Positions 28,173 through 36,719 of a stretch of 64,000 nt of DNA are shown one piece after another; the first letter of the stretch is position 1, and each line of letters starts with the position of its first letter. The DNA is from an uncultured Granulosicoccaceae bacterium (GTDB lineage: Bacteria; Pseudomonadota; Gammaproteobacteria; Granulosicoccales; Granulosicoccaceae), in NCBI GenBank assembly GCA_937922945.1, contig CAKZUP010000003.1:6498-70497 (forward strand), read 5' to 3'. A program made the position numbers and the translations under genes. Under the pieces are notes generated by a model. The model was not told the DNA's origin, searched no databases, and was given only the letters and a program-made list of their open reading frames with translations.

Positions 28173-29267
28173 ATGAACAAATTAAAGACTACCTCATTTT
28201 TTCATTGCAGCTACGAAGAATTGAACGAAAGGCTGCGACAAATCAACCCCGTTGACTATGCCAGAACAAGAAACTATCTCGACGGTGACGTCACATGGTT
28301 AAGCCCGTTTATCACGCATGGCATCATTACTACAAAAAGCGTCGCTGATGCTGTTCTAGTAAACAACAGCGCCGAGAATTGCGAAAAACTACTTTTCGAA
28401 TTGGCCTGGCGCGAATATTTTCATCGCGTATGGCAACAACACGGCATCGGGATTTTTTCTGATCTGAAAAATCCAGGCCAATCGCATGGTCAGGCATTAC
28501 CCCAATCTGTTTGTGAGGCCAACACCGGTATTCGGGTTATTGATGACGCACTGAATCAATTGATTAGCGTCGGCACATTACACAACCACGCTCGCATGTG
28601 GATTGCCTCTTTGTGTTGCAATATCGGTAACACCCATTGGCTTCCTGCGGCAAAATGGATGCACTATCATTTACTCGACGGGGATCTGGCAAGCAATACA
28701 CTAAGCTGGCAATGGATTGCTGGAACGTTTAGTCACAAGCGCTACTACGCCAACCAGGAAAATATTAATAAATTCAGTAAATCGGTACAAAGAAATACCT
28801 TTCTGGACGTTCCCTACAACGAGCTACCAAACCTGCCCTTACCAGAGAGTTTACAAGACACATTGCGGCCAAAGCTCGATCAGATGTTACCGGGTCAAAA
28901 ACTCTCCGAAATGGATAACTTGACTGGAGCCGTGGCACTTCGCTCAGTCTGGCAATTGGATCCCCATTGGCAACCGACTGCCGATCATCATTTGCTATTT
29001 ATTGATGAAGAATTACACAACCAGTGGCCAATGAGTCGTAATCGTTGGGCATTTATTCTTCATTGGGCATTAGCCATACCCAATGCAATTGTAGTGAAAG
29101 GATCTGTAGAAGAACTGAAAGAAAAGCTTGCCAATGCAAACGTATCACGACAAGAGTACACGGCGGTTAATCATTGGAGCCCGCAAACCGAAGACCGCAC
29201 TTGGCTGTACCGCGCTCCAACTAAACGCTACAACAGTTTTTCACAGTTCTGGAAGCAAGTGAAATGA
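28173..29267 (+). CDS. photolyase-like flavoprotein with inverted topology (FAD-binding catalytic domain at the N-terminus; NewPHL-type)
   Basis: It starts directly with FAD_binding_7-type motifs (VTWLSPFITHGII, ELAWREYFH, NHARMWIASL, LLDGDLASNTLSWQWIAGT). There is no preceding alpha/beta (antenna) domain. About 150 extra residues follow these motifs. Confidence 0.7.
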   Translation: MNKLKTTSFFHCSYEELNERLRQINPVDYARTRNYLDGDVTWLSPFITHGIITTKSVADAVLVNNSAENCEKLLFELAWREYFHRVWQQHGIGIFSDLKNPGQSHGQALPQSVCEANTGIRVIDDALNQLISVGTLHNHARMWIASLCCNIGNTHWLPAAKWMHYHLLDGDLASNTLSWQWIAGTFSHKRYYANQENINKFSKSVQRNTFLDVPYNELPNLPLPESLQDTLRPKLDQMLPGQKLSEMDNLTGAVALRSVWQLDPHWQPTADHHLLFIDEELHNQWPMSRNRWAFILHWALAIPNAIVVKGSVEELKEKLANANVSRQEYTAVNHWSPQTEDRTWLYRAPTKRYNSFSQFWKQVK

Positions 29268-29452
29268 GCAAACGCGCAAAGGAAAATCTTAAAAACACCT
29301 CGCCCGAATTGCAAAGCAAGATATGCCCGGTTTGTCATCGCCCGTTCAACAATCGCAAACGCTGGGAATCACGCGGTTTGTGGCCAAGCATTGTGTACTG
29401 CTCCGATCAATGTCGACGGCAAAAGCAAAACATGACAGACACCAATAAATAA
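29264..29452 (+). CDS. DUF2256 zinc-ribbon protein
   Basis: 62 aa, basic, with CPVC...(22)...CSDQC and the RKRWESRG..W motif characteristic of DUF2256. It has an ATGA overlap with the upstream photolyase-like gene. Confidence 0.75.
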   Translation: MSKRAKENLKNTSPELQSKICPVCHRPFNNRKRWESRGLWPSIVYCSDQCRRQKQNMTDTNK

Positions 29453-29519
29453 TCAGAAGTAGGTATACAGCTGATGCTATTTCTTTAAACAAACGGGTTT
29501 AAAACCACGCACTTGCAGC

Positions 29520-30008
29520 TTAGGGCATTGAGCCTATCGACTTCACGTCTAACTGAAATTCACCGTACTGAGCATCAGAGATAACGATACCAATTTGCAC
29601 GATATCCTGACCCCGAAGCTCCGGCGCATCGACAACCACGCGACCTCTGAACTGCGCTTGAAACTCAACTAGTGGAATTTCGATTCGGATGAATTTTTCG
29701 GTTGAATTGAAACTGGCTTGATAATTAATGCCATCAAATGCTTTATTCGTTCTTAGCGAAAGGGAGTACCGCTTTTGATCCCCGCGGCTTTCAATAAACA
29801 AATGATCGGTTTGCGGGCTAAGTGAGGCATCTAACGCTGCTCTGATCGAACAAAAACCACCATTATTTTCAGGCGATACCACACCTGTGAAGCTTGCGTG
29901 TTCATTAGACCAAACCATTTCACTACTGGATACGCCACCCATCACACGATCGTCTACAGATCGCCATTTGTCCACCGAGCTTGGTTCAACAAATTTAAAT
30001 ATGAACAT
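29520..30008 (-). CDS. CIA30 (complex I intermediate-associated protein 30) domain protein
   Basis: WRSVDDRVMGGVSSS near the N-terminus and a size of about 160 aa are typical of bacterial CIA30-family proteins. Confidence 0.75.
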   Translation of the reverse strand: MFIFKFVEPSSVDKWRSVDDRVMGGVSSSEMVWSNEHASFTGVVSPENNGGFCSIRAALDASLSPQTDHLFIESRGDQKRYSLSLRTNKAFDGINYQASFNSTEKFIRIEIPLVEFQAQFRGRVVVDAPELRGQDIVQIGIVISDAQYGEFQLDVKSIGSMP

Positions 30009-30019
30009 GCTATTCCTTT

Positions 30020-31180
30020 CTATTCGCCTTGAACCACACCTTGGCTTTGCGCATAAGAGATTGGCGGATACTTCTCCGGGTTCTCTGCACTACAGCACGT
30101 GGGCACACAGCGCATAACATAGTGTGGATTGGCATTAAAGAAAAACGGTATGGAGTAGCGCGATGTTGAACTCGTATTATTGTTTGCAAAGTGTCGCGTA
30201 CTTAAAAAGCGATCGTTAGTCCAGTGCTTTAACAACTCACCAGTATTGACAATAAACGAATCTTCAACAACGGGTGCGTTAACCCAGACTTTTCTTCTTT
30301 CACTAAAAACTGTCAAGCCGGGCTGGTCCTGCGCAAGGATAGTGCAAAAAGAAGTATCTACGTGAGGCGCTATGCCATAGGCATTCTGTTCATCCAGCGG
30401 TACAGCCGGATAGTGTGTCATTCTTAATCGATACAGCGGCTTTATAAACGCATCAAAGAAAAAATCTTCCGATACCTCCAAAGCGCGCGCGTAAATTGGC
30501 AGCATACGCTTACCTAAAGCTTCCAGATTGTTGGCATACTCCACCACTTGCTCTCTAAAGCCTGGCAGCGCTACCGCATCGGGCCACTGGTTATCATCCA
30601 TACCCAGCTTATCGTCGCATTTGATAATGAATGCTTCGTTCACATTTCCAGTTTGCCGTGCTGGCAGCTTACGATTTTTTAACGGCAGATAACCCATACC
30701 GCCCACTGGCCAGTCAGGCCGGTCCATTAAAACGGCATTTTTGGTATCGATAGCGGCTGCGTGAAACGACCTCACCTGATTAAAAGTATCTTTGATAACC
30801 TGTGTTGGCACATGATGCCCGACTATGGAGAAAAAACCCGTTTCCTCACAAGCCGTTCTTAATTGCCGGGCAACCGCATTTAATTGCTGTTCTGAGCCTG
30901 TAGCGAAATAAGGATCAAGGTCGATAATGGGTATATCGTCTGCGCGCGCATCTTCCGGTGCAGAGGTATCCCATTGCTCTGAATCTGAACGGAGCTGCTG
31001 TTCTTTTAAACTGGCATCAAATAAACTGGCATCAAAAGAACTTTGGTCCAATTCAATGCCAGAGTCTATTTGATCGCCAGACGCAGCGGATTTATCAGAG
31101 TTTTCTGGTGTAGACATGGTAAATACGGCCTGAGTATCGATAACGAATGAAAGCCCCAAGCCTATCAGAACAACCTGCAT
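30020..31180 (-). CDS. 2-oxoglutarate/Fe(II)-dependent oxygenase (isopenicillin-N-synthase / COG3491-like) with acidic N-terminal extension
   Basis: IPIIDL, ETGFFSIVGHHVP, HVD (HxD), STRH (distal His) and RYSIPFF (RxS) are present. The start is ambiguous: ATG 31180 or ATG 31117 (MSTPENSDK...). Confidence 0.8.
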   Translation of the reverse strand: MQVVLIGLGLSFVIDTQAVFTMSTPENSDKSAASGDQIDSGIELDQSSFDASLFDASLKEQQLRSDSEQWDTSAPEDARADDIPIIDLDPYFATGSEQQLNAVARQLRTACEETGFFSIVGHHVPTQVIKDTFNQVRSFHAAAIDTKNAVLMDRPDWPVGGMGYLPLKNRKLPARQTGNVNEAFIIKCDDKLGMDDNQWPDAVALPGFREQVVEYANNLEALGKRMLPIYARALEVSEDFFFDAFIKPLYRLRMTHYPAVPLDEQNAYGIAPHVDTSFCTILAQDQPGLTVFSERRKVWVNAPVVEDSFIVNTGELLKHWTNDRFLSTRHFANNNTSSTSRYSIPFFFNANPHYVMRCVPTCCSAENPEKYPPISYAQSQGVVQGE

Positions 31181-31344
31181 GAGGCGAACGACAACTCCGC
31201 AGACGATACCAACAGATGTTCAAGCGGGCAACAGTGCGAAAACTTGTCAAGACCGGCCAATAAACGTACCTTATACATCGGCCTGCCATAACCAATTTCC
31301 AAGCATAATTGTGGCAGTGAGGCACTAACCAGAGGTATTGCTTA

Positions 31345-32241
31345 ATGTGTGGAATAGTGGGTCTTTTTCTAAAAGACAAAACGCTTGAATCGAATCTTGG
31401 CGCAATGCTCACCGATATGCTCATCACCATGAGTGATCGTGGCCCGGATAGTGCCGGCATTGCCATCTACGGTAAGGACAACGACGATAACAGCAAACTC
31501 ACCGTTCAATCCGCCACGCCTGAAAGTGACTTTGCCAATCTGCAGAGCGAGCTTTCAGACGCCATCGATTCAACCGTATCGTTAGAACAAAAAGACACTC
31601 ATGCCGTAATCGAAGTACCGAGCGTTAATCTCGATATGGCTCGCCGCGCGCTAACAGCACTACGGCCCGAGCTACAAATTATGAGTGTCGGCGACACGAT
31701 CGAAATTTTCAAAGAAGTCGGATTACCGCGCGACGTTGCGGCACGATTCAATCTTGAAAGCATGGCCGGTACGCATGGCATTGGCCACACTCGCATGGCA
31801 ACCGAATCAGCGGTAACCACCGATGGCGCGCACCCGTTTTCAACAGGCAACGATCAATGCCTGGTCCATAATGGTTCGTTATCAAATCACAACTCCTGGC
31901 GCAGAAAACTTGAACAACAAGGCGTGCATATAAGTTCGCTGAACGATACCGAGGTTGGCGCTGCCTATCTAACCTGGAAAATGAGCAAAGGCGCAACGTT
32001 GGGTGATGCATTGGAAAGCGCCATTGATGATCTGGATGGCTTTTATACGTTTGTCGTTGGAACCAAAGATGGCTTTGGTGTTTTGCGCGACCCTATTGCG
32101 TGTAAACCGGCTGTTATGGCTGAAACAGATCAGTATGTGGCCTTTGGTAGCGAATACCGTGCTTTGGTTAATCTGCCTAATATAGAGGAGGCTCGTGTGT
32201 GGGAACCAGAACCTGCCACAGTCTATTTCTGGAATCATTGA
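31345..32241 (+). CDS. mgsA: class-II glutamine amidotransferase, N-methylglutamate synthase subunit A (GlxB-like)
   Basis: MCGIVGLF N-terminal nucleophile Cys, about 298 aa. It is followed by GXGXG and FMN-glutamate-synthase-domain genes and a type III GS-like gene. Confidence 0.7.
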   Translation: MCGIVGLFLKDKTLESNLGAMLTDMLITMSDRGPDSAGIAIYGKDNDDNSKLTVQSATPESDFANLQSELSDAIDSTVSLEQKDTHAVIEVPSVNLDMARRALTALRPELQIMSVGDTIEIFKEVGLPRDVAARFNLESMAGTHGIGHTRMATESAVTTDGAHPFSTGNDQCLVHNGSLSNHNSWRRKLEQQGVHISSLNDTEVGAAYLTWKMSKGATLGDALESAIDDLDGFYTFVVGTKDGFGVLRDPIACKPAVMAETDQYVAFGSEYRALVNLPNIEEARVWEPEPATVYFWNH

Positions 32242-32242
32242 T

Positions 32243-32926
32243 ATGCACATTTACGACGTTGAAAAAGACGGGCTGCGCGGACTGAATCAAACGCTTCAGG
32301 AACACAGCCAACGATCAGAACACAGCCAATGGGAAGTGATTAACCCAAAAGGCAGTCACGCAATTGCAGTTGGTTTGAATGGCAAGATCGATGTCACCGT
32401 GAAAGGCTCCACCGGTTACTACTGCGCTGGCATGAATCAACTGGCGACGATCAAAGTCGACGGTTCAGTAGGACCTGGTGTCGCCGAGAACATGATGTCG
32501 GGCACAGTGTTGGTTGAAGGCGATGCCAGTCAATACGCTGGTGCCACAGCCCATGGTGGCTTACTGGTTATCAAGGGTAACGCATCATCACGCTGCGGCA
32601 TTTCCATGAAAGGCATCGATATCGTGGTACACGGCAACATCGGACACATGTCTGCGTTTATGGCCCAATCGGGCAATATCGTTGTGTGCGGCGATGCCGG
32701 TGAAGCATTGGGAGACAGCTGTTATGAAGCGCGTTTTTTTGTACGCGGCAGTGTTAAGTCACTTGGTGCAGATTGCGTAGAAAAAGAAATGCGCTCTGAA
32801 CATCTCACTTTATTAACTGAATTACTCAAACGTGGTGGTTGCAATGCTAAAGCATCGGAATTCAAACGCTATGGCTCAGCGCGTAAATTGTATAACTTTG
32901 ATATAGACAATGCGTCGGCGTACTAA
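32243..32926 (+). CDS. mgsB: GXGXG-motif (glutamate synthase alpha-subunit C-terminal domain-like) protein, N-methylglutamate synthase subunit B
   Basis: Repeated beta-helix GxxG turns (VEGDASQYAGATAHGGLLVIKGNASSRCG...VVHGNIGHMSAFMAQSGNIVVCGDAG). The ATG at 32243 lies 1 nt after the mgsA stop. Confidence 0.7.
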   Translation: MHIYDVEKDGLRGLNQTLQEHSQRSEHSQWEVINPKGSHAIAVGLNGKIDVTVKGSTGYYCAGMNQLATIKVDGSVGPGVAENMMSGTVLVEGDASQYAGATAHGGLLVIKGNASSRCGISMKGIDIVVHGNIGHMSAFMAQSGNIVVCGDAGEALGDSCYEARFFVRGSVKSLGADCVEKEMRSEHLTLLTELLKRGGCNAKASEFKRYGSARKLYNFDIDNASAY

Positions 32927-32938
32927 CAGGATACCCAA

Positions 32939-34279
32939 ATGAAAACATTCGACTCGCAAGGTATTCCACACACCACGCCAAGACAATCTGCCACGTTCAC
33001 ACAAGACGTGAATAGCGATATACGACGCGCGGCAGCAACCGGCATTTACGATATTCGCGGTGGTGGCGCAAAACGTAAAGTACCCAACTTCGACGACTTA
33101 CTGTTTCTCGGCGCATCGATGTCACGCTATCCATTGGAAGGTTATCGTGAGAAATGCGAAACCAGTGTATCGCTTGGCACTCGCTATGCGAAGAACCCGA
33201 TCAACATTGATATTCCGATCACCATTGCAGGCATGAGCTTTGGCGCACTGTCTGCCAATGCCAAAGAAGCACTCGGTAGAGGTGCAAGCGCTGCAGGCAC
33301 ATCAACCACTACCGGTGATGGTGGGATGACACCAGAAGAGCGCGGCCATTCTGACAAGCTTGTGTATCAATACCTGCCCTCTCGATACGGCATGAACCCA
33401 GACGATTTACGCAAAGCCGACGCCATTGAAATTGTTGTCGGCCAAGGTGCAAAGCCCGGTGGCGGCGGCATGCTGCTGGGCCAGAAAATATCAGATCGCG
33501 TTGCCGACATGCGCAACCTGCCCAAAGGCATCGACCAACGTTCGCCTTGCCGTCACCCGGATTGGACAGGACCGGATGATCTGGAAATTAAAATTCTTGA
33601 ATTGCGCGAAATAACCAATTGGCAAGTACCTATATACGTAAAGGTCGCTGGTGCACGGCCTTATTTCGATACCACGCTTGCCATAAAATCCGGCGCCGAC
33701 GTGGTTGTCCTCGATGGTATGCAAGGCGGCACCGCGGCAACCCAGGATGTGTTTATTGAACACGTCGGACAACCCACCCTGGCCTGCATTCGACCTGCGG
33801 TTCAGGCATTACAAGATCTGGGGGTTCACCGCGAGGTACAGTTGATTATCTCCGGTGGCATTCGGTCGGGTGCTGATGTCGCAAAAGCCATGGCCCTGGG
33901 GGCAGATGCCGTTGCCATTGGCACCGCTGCGCTAATTGCCATTGGCGATAACGACCCGAAATGGGAAGCAGAATATAACGAACTTGGCACCTGTGCAGGT
34001 GCCTACGACGACTGGCACGAAGGTCAGGACCCTGCGGGTATTACCACACAAGATCCTGAACTTATGCAGCGCCTTGATCCCATCGACGCCGGGCGGCGAT
34101 TAAAAAACTATTTAAAAGTGCTTACGCTGGAAGCGCAAACTATTGCTCGTGCTTGTGGAAAAAATCATTTACATAATCTGGAACCAGAAGACTTATGCGC
34201 TTTAACCATGGAGGCGGCAGCTATGGCGCAAGTACCGTTAGCAGGCACAAACTGGTACCCGGGCAAAGACAGTTTCTAA
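32939..34279 (+). CDS. mgsC: FMN-binding glutamate-synthase-family protein, N-methylglutamate synthase subunit C
   Basis: 446 aa with GltB domain-2 motifs (GQGAKPGGGG, VVLDGMQGGTAA, ISGGIRSGADVAKAMALGADAV). Confidence 0.75.
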   Translation: MKTFDSQGIPHTTPRQSATFTQDVNSDIRRAAATGIYDIRGGGAKRKVPNFDDLLFLGASMSRYPLEGYREKCETSVSLGTRYAKNPINIDIPITIAGMSFGALSANAKEALGRGASAAGTSTTTGDGGMTPEERGHSDKLVYQYLPSRYGMNPDDLRKADAIEIVVGQGAKPGGGGMLLGQKISDRVADMRNLPKGIDQRSPCRHPDWTGPDDLEIKILELREITNWQVPIYVKVAGARPYFDTTLAIKSGADVVVLDGMQGGTAATQDVFIEHVGQPTLACIRPAVQALQDLGVHREVQLIISGGIRSGADVAKAMALGADAVAIGTAALIAIGDNDPKWEAEYNELGTCAGAYDDWHEGQDPAGITTQDPELMQRLDPIDAGRRLKNYLKVLTLEAQTIARACGKNHLHNLEPEDLCALTMEAAAMAQVPLAGTNWYPGKDSF

Positions 34280-34338
34280 TGACCGAATAGAACACAACTG
34301 CGTATTGCCGATTCTCAACACTACAGGAAGCTAACACC

Positions 34339-35667
34339 ATGACTATCGATCTGGCCACCTTCGCAAAAGAAAACGGTATCAAGTATTTTATGATTTCGTT
34401 CACCGACTTATTCGGTGGGCAACGCGCCAAGTTGGTTCCGGCACAAGCTATTGCCGATATGCAAGAGGAAGGCGCCGGTTTTGCAGGGTTCGCAACCTAT
34501 CTGGATATGACACCCGCACACCCGGATATGCTTGCCGTGCCAGATGCAACGTCAGTTATCCAACTTCCATGGAAACCAGAAGTCGCGTGGGTTGCCGCCA
34601 ATTGCGTCATGGAAGGTGTAGCTGTTGAACAGGCACCGCGTAATGTGTTGCGCAAACTAATCGAACAAGCCGCAAGTAAGGGGCTACACGTTAAAACCGG
34701 CATAGAAGCCGAGTTCTTTCTGTTAACACCCGAAGGCAATGAGATTTCAGATCCGTTTGATACGGCAGCCAAACCCTGTTACGACCAACAGGCGGTAATG
34801 CGACGTTATGATGTTGTGCGCGAAATCTGCGACTACATGCTTGAATTAGGTTGGGGCCCGTACCAGAACGATCATGAAGACGCTAACGGCCAGTTTGAAA
34901 TGAACTGGGAATTCGATGATGCGTTGCGAACGGCAGATAAACACAGTTTTTTCAAATTCATGACCAAGTCAGTTGCAGAAAAACACGGGTTTCGAGCCAC
35001 CTTTATGCCTAAACCAATTGAAGGCTTAACCGGTAACGGCTGCCATGCACATATATCAGTCTGGGATGCTGCAGGCGACGCTGCGAAGACCAATGTGTTC
35101 GCAGGCGATGGAGAAGGTCACACAGGAGAAGTAGGCCTGGCCGAACAAGGAAAGTACTTTCTCGGCGGTATTATGAAACACGCCAGCGCATTAGCCGCCG
35201 TAACCAACCCAACAGTGAATAGCTACAAGCGCATAAACGCACCCCGTACTTTATCTGGTGCTACCTGGGCGCCTAATTCGGTTACCTGGACGGGCAACAA
35301 TCGTACGCATATGGTTCGGGTTCCCGCACCTGGCCGTTTCGAACTACGCCTGGCCGATGGCGCTACAAATCCTTATTTGCTGCAAGCGGTTATCATCGCA
35401 GCCGGTTTATCCGGCATACGCTCAAAAGCAGACCCCGGCCCGCGTCGTGATATCGATATGTATACCGAAGGCCACACCATCTCCGACGCACCCAAACTAC
35501 CATTGAATTTACTTGATGCATTACGGGAATACGAGAAAGACACCGAACTTCAAGCCGCCATGGGTAACGCGTTTTCGAGCGCTTTTCTGAAACTAAAGCA
35601 CGATGAATGGAATTCGTTCACGCGTCATTTTTCAAGTTGGGAAAAAGAACATACGCTCGATATATAG
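34339..35667 (+). CDS. gmaS: glutamine-synthetase-family enzyme, probable gamma-glutamylmethylamide synthetase
   Basis: GS catalytic-domain motifs are present (GIEAEFFL, NGCHAHISVW, NSYKRI, R.E.R). The N-domain FDGSS ammonium-site motif reads FAGFA here. The gene is adjacent to mgsABC. Confidence 0.7.
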   Translation: MTIDLATFAKENGIKYFMISFTDLFGGQRAKLVPAQAIADMQEEGAGFAGFATYLDMTPAHPDMLAVPDATSVIQLPWKPEVAWVAANCVMEGVAVEQAPRNVLRKLIEQAASKGLHVKTGIEAEFFLLTPEGNEISDPFDTAAKPCYDQQAVMRRYDVVREICDYMLELGWGPYQNDHEDANGQFEMNWEFDDALRTADKHSFFKFMTKSVAEKHGFRATFMPKPIEGLTGNGCHAHISVWDAAGDAAKTNVFAGDGEGHTGEVGLAEQGKYFLGGIMKHASALAAVTNPTVNSYKRINAPRTLSGATWAPNSVTWTGNNRTHMVRVPAPGRFELRLADGATNPYLLQAVIIAAGLSGIRSKADPGPRRDIDMYTEGHTISDAPKLPLNLLDALREYEKDTELQAAMGNAFSSAFLKLKHDEWNSFTRHFSSWEKEHTLDI

Positions 35668-35687
35668 CGCCGAAAAAGCGACTATAG

Positions 35688-36593
35688 ATGAGCATAATTA
35701 AAACGCTGCTGGCCCTGATATCTAACCGGCAGCCTATTCTACGCAGTGTCGCAAAACGATCAACATGGCTTATTGTCATTGCTGCCACTTTTCAGTTTGG
35801 TTGTTCAAGCGTTAACGTTAAGAAATTGGTGTTTGCGCCCAGCGACCATGGCAAACTAAGTGATCGGGAGCTGAGTTTACGCAACATAGAATCGCTGAGC
35901 ATTAACACAGAAGACGGAGAAAATTTACACGCGATTTATTTGCCCAACGATAAGTCGACTATTTTAACTTTGTACTTCCATGGCAACGGCGGGAATGTTC
36001 ATCAACGCATTCTAGCGCTGGAAAAATTAAAATCGCTTGGAACCAGCGTGCTGAGCGTCAGTTATCGAGGCTATTTAAACAGCACCGGCAGCGCCTCTGA
36101 GAAAGGCATTTATGAAGATGCAAAAGCCACGCTTGAATACGCGACAAACACGCTCAACTATAACCGAAAGAACATTGTTGTCATGGGTCGTTCGCTAGGA
36201 TCAGCTGCTGCAATAGATTTGGTTCAGAACAAAGCGCTGGCAGGCGTTATATTGGTTTCACCATTTAGCAGCGCGCAAGATTTATTTGATACGCTGGGTA
36301 CATTCAAGAAAAAGCTCATTTACGACCCCAAGAATTACATTGCCCTCGCCTTCAGAAATATTGAAAAATCACCTGCCATAAGGTCAAAAACGCTGATTGT
36401 TCATGGCACCAATGACACGCTTATTCCGTACCGCCTTGGAAGGCTCGTTTATGATTCATTGACTGCAGAGAAGCAGTTTTTACCGTTGACAGGTGCAGGA
36501 CACAACGATTTCGGGTACCAGAACCGGAGCAAGTTCGATAATACGTATTGGTTAGCTATACGCAATTTTTTCAAGGCATTGGACTCTAGATGA
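35688..36593 (+). CDS. BEM46/ABHD13-like alpha/beta serine hydrolase, probable lipoprotein
   Basis: Possible lipobox FQFG|CSS, then HGNGGN, GRSLGS (GxSxG), HGTNDTLIP and GAGHNDF. It is AT-richer than the flanking genes. Confidence 0.75.
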   Translation: MSIIKTLLALISNRQPILRSVAKRSTWLIVIAATFQFGCSSVNVKKLVFAPSDHGKLSDRELSLRNIESLSINTEDGENLHAIYLPNDKSTILTLYFHGNGGNVHQRILALEKLKSLGTSVLSVSYRGYLNSTGSASEKGIYEDAKATLEYATNTLNYNRKNIVVMGRSLGSAAAIDLVQNKALAGVILVSPFSSAQDLFDTLGTFKKKLIYDPKNYIALAFRNIEKSPAIRSKTLIVHGTNDTLIPYRLGRLVYDSLTAEKQFLPLTGAGHNDFGYQNRSKFDNTYWLAIRNFFKALDSR

Positions 36594-36719
36594 ATTGGAT
36601 TTACCACCCACTTAGACAGAACTTTCAACGACTGCGCCTGTCGTTGGCTTCTATGCACCATCACGGCGCGTCGTGACGTGAACCTGTAATATTAGTGGAA
36701 AGGTTGCGACGCTTGAAAT

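Noticed and set aside
28153-28180. Genuine coding overlap of the two divergent photolyase genes, using the TTG at 28180.
   Set aside because: An ATG at 28153 gives the family-typical N-terminus (MQSAALVFPHQLF). The TTG extension adds nine residues with no support. The close spacing itself is kept as a finding.
31181-31344. Sigma-54 (-24/-12) promoter upstream of mgsA at TGGCAGTGAGGCAC.
   Set aside because: The GG-to-GC spacing does not fit the TGGCAC-N5-TTGC consensus: the GC falls about 3 nt too early. No alternative element with correct spacing was found by eye.
31095-31466. 123-aa minus-strand ORF covering the mgsA start and the divergent promoter region.
   Set aside because: It overlaps the well-supported mgsA N-terminus (MCGIVGLF) on the opposite strand and has no recognisable features.
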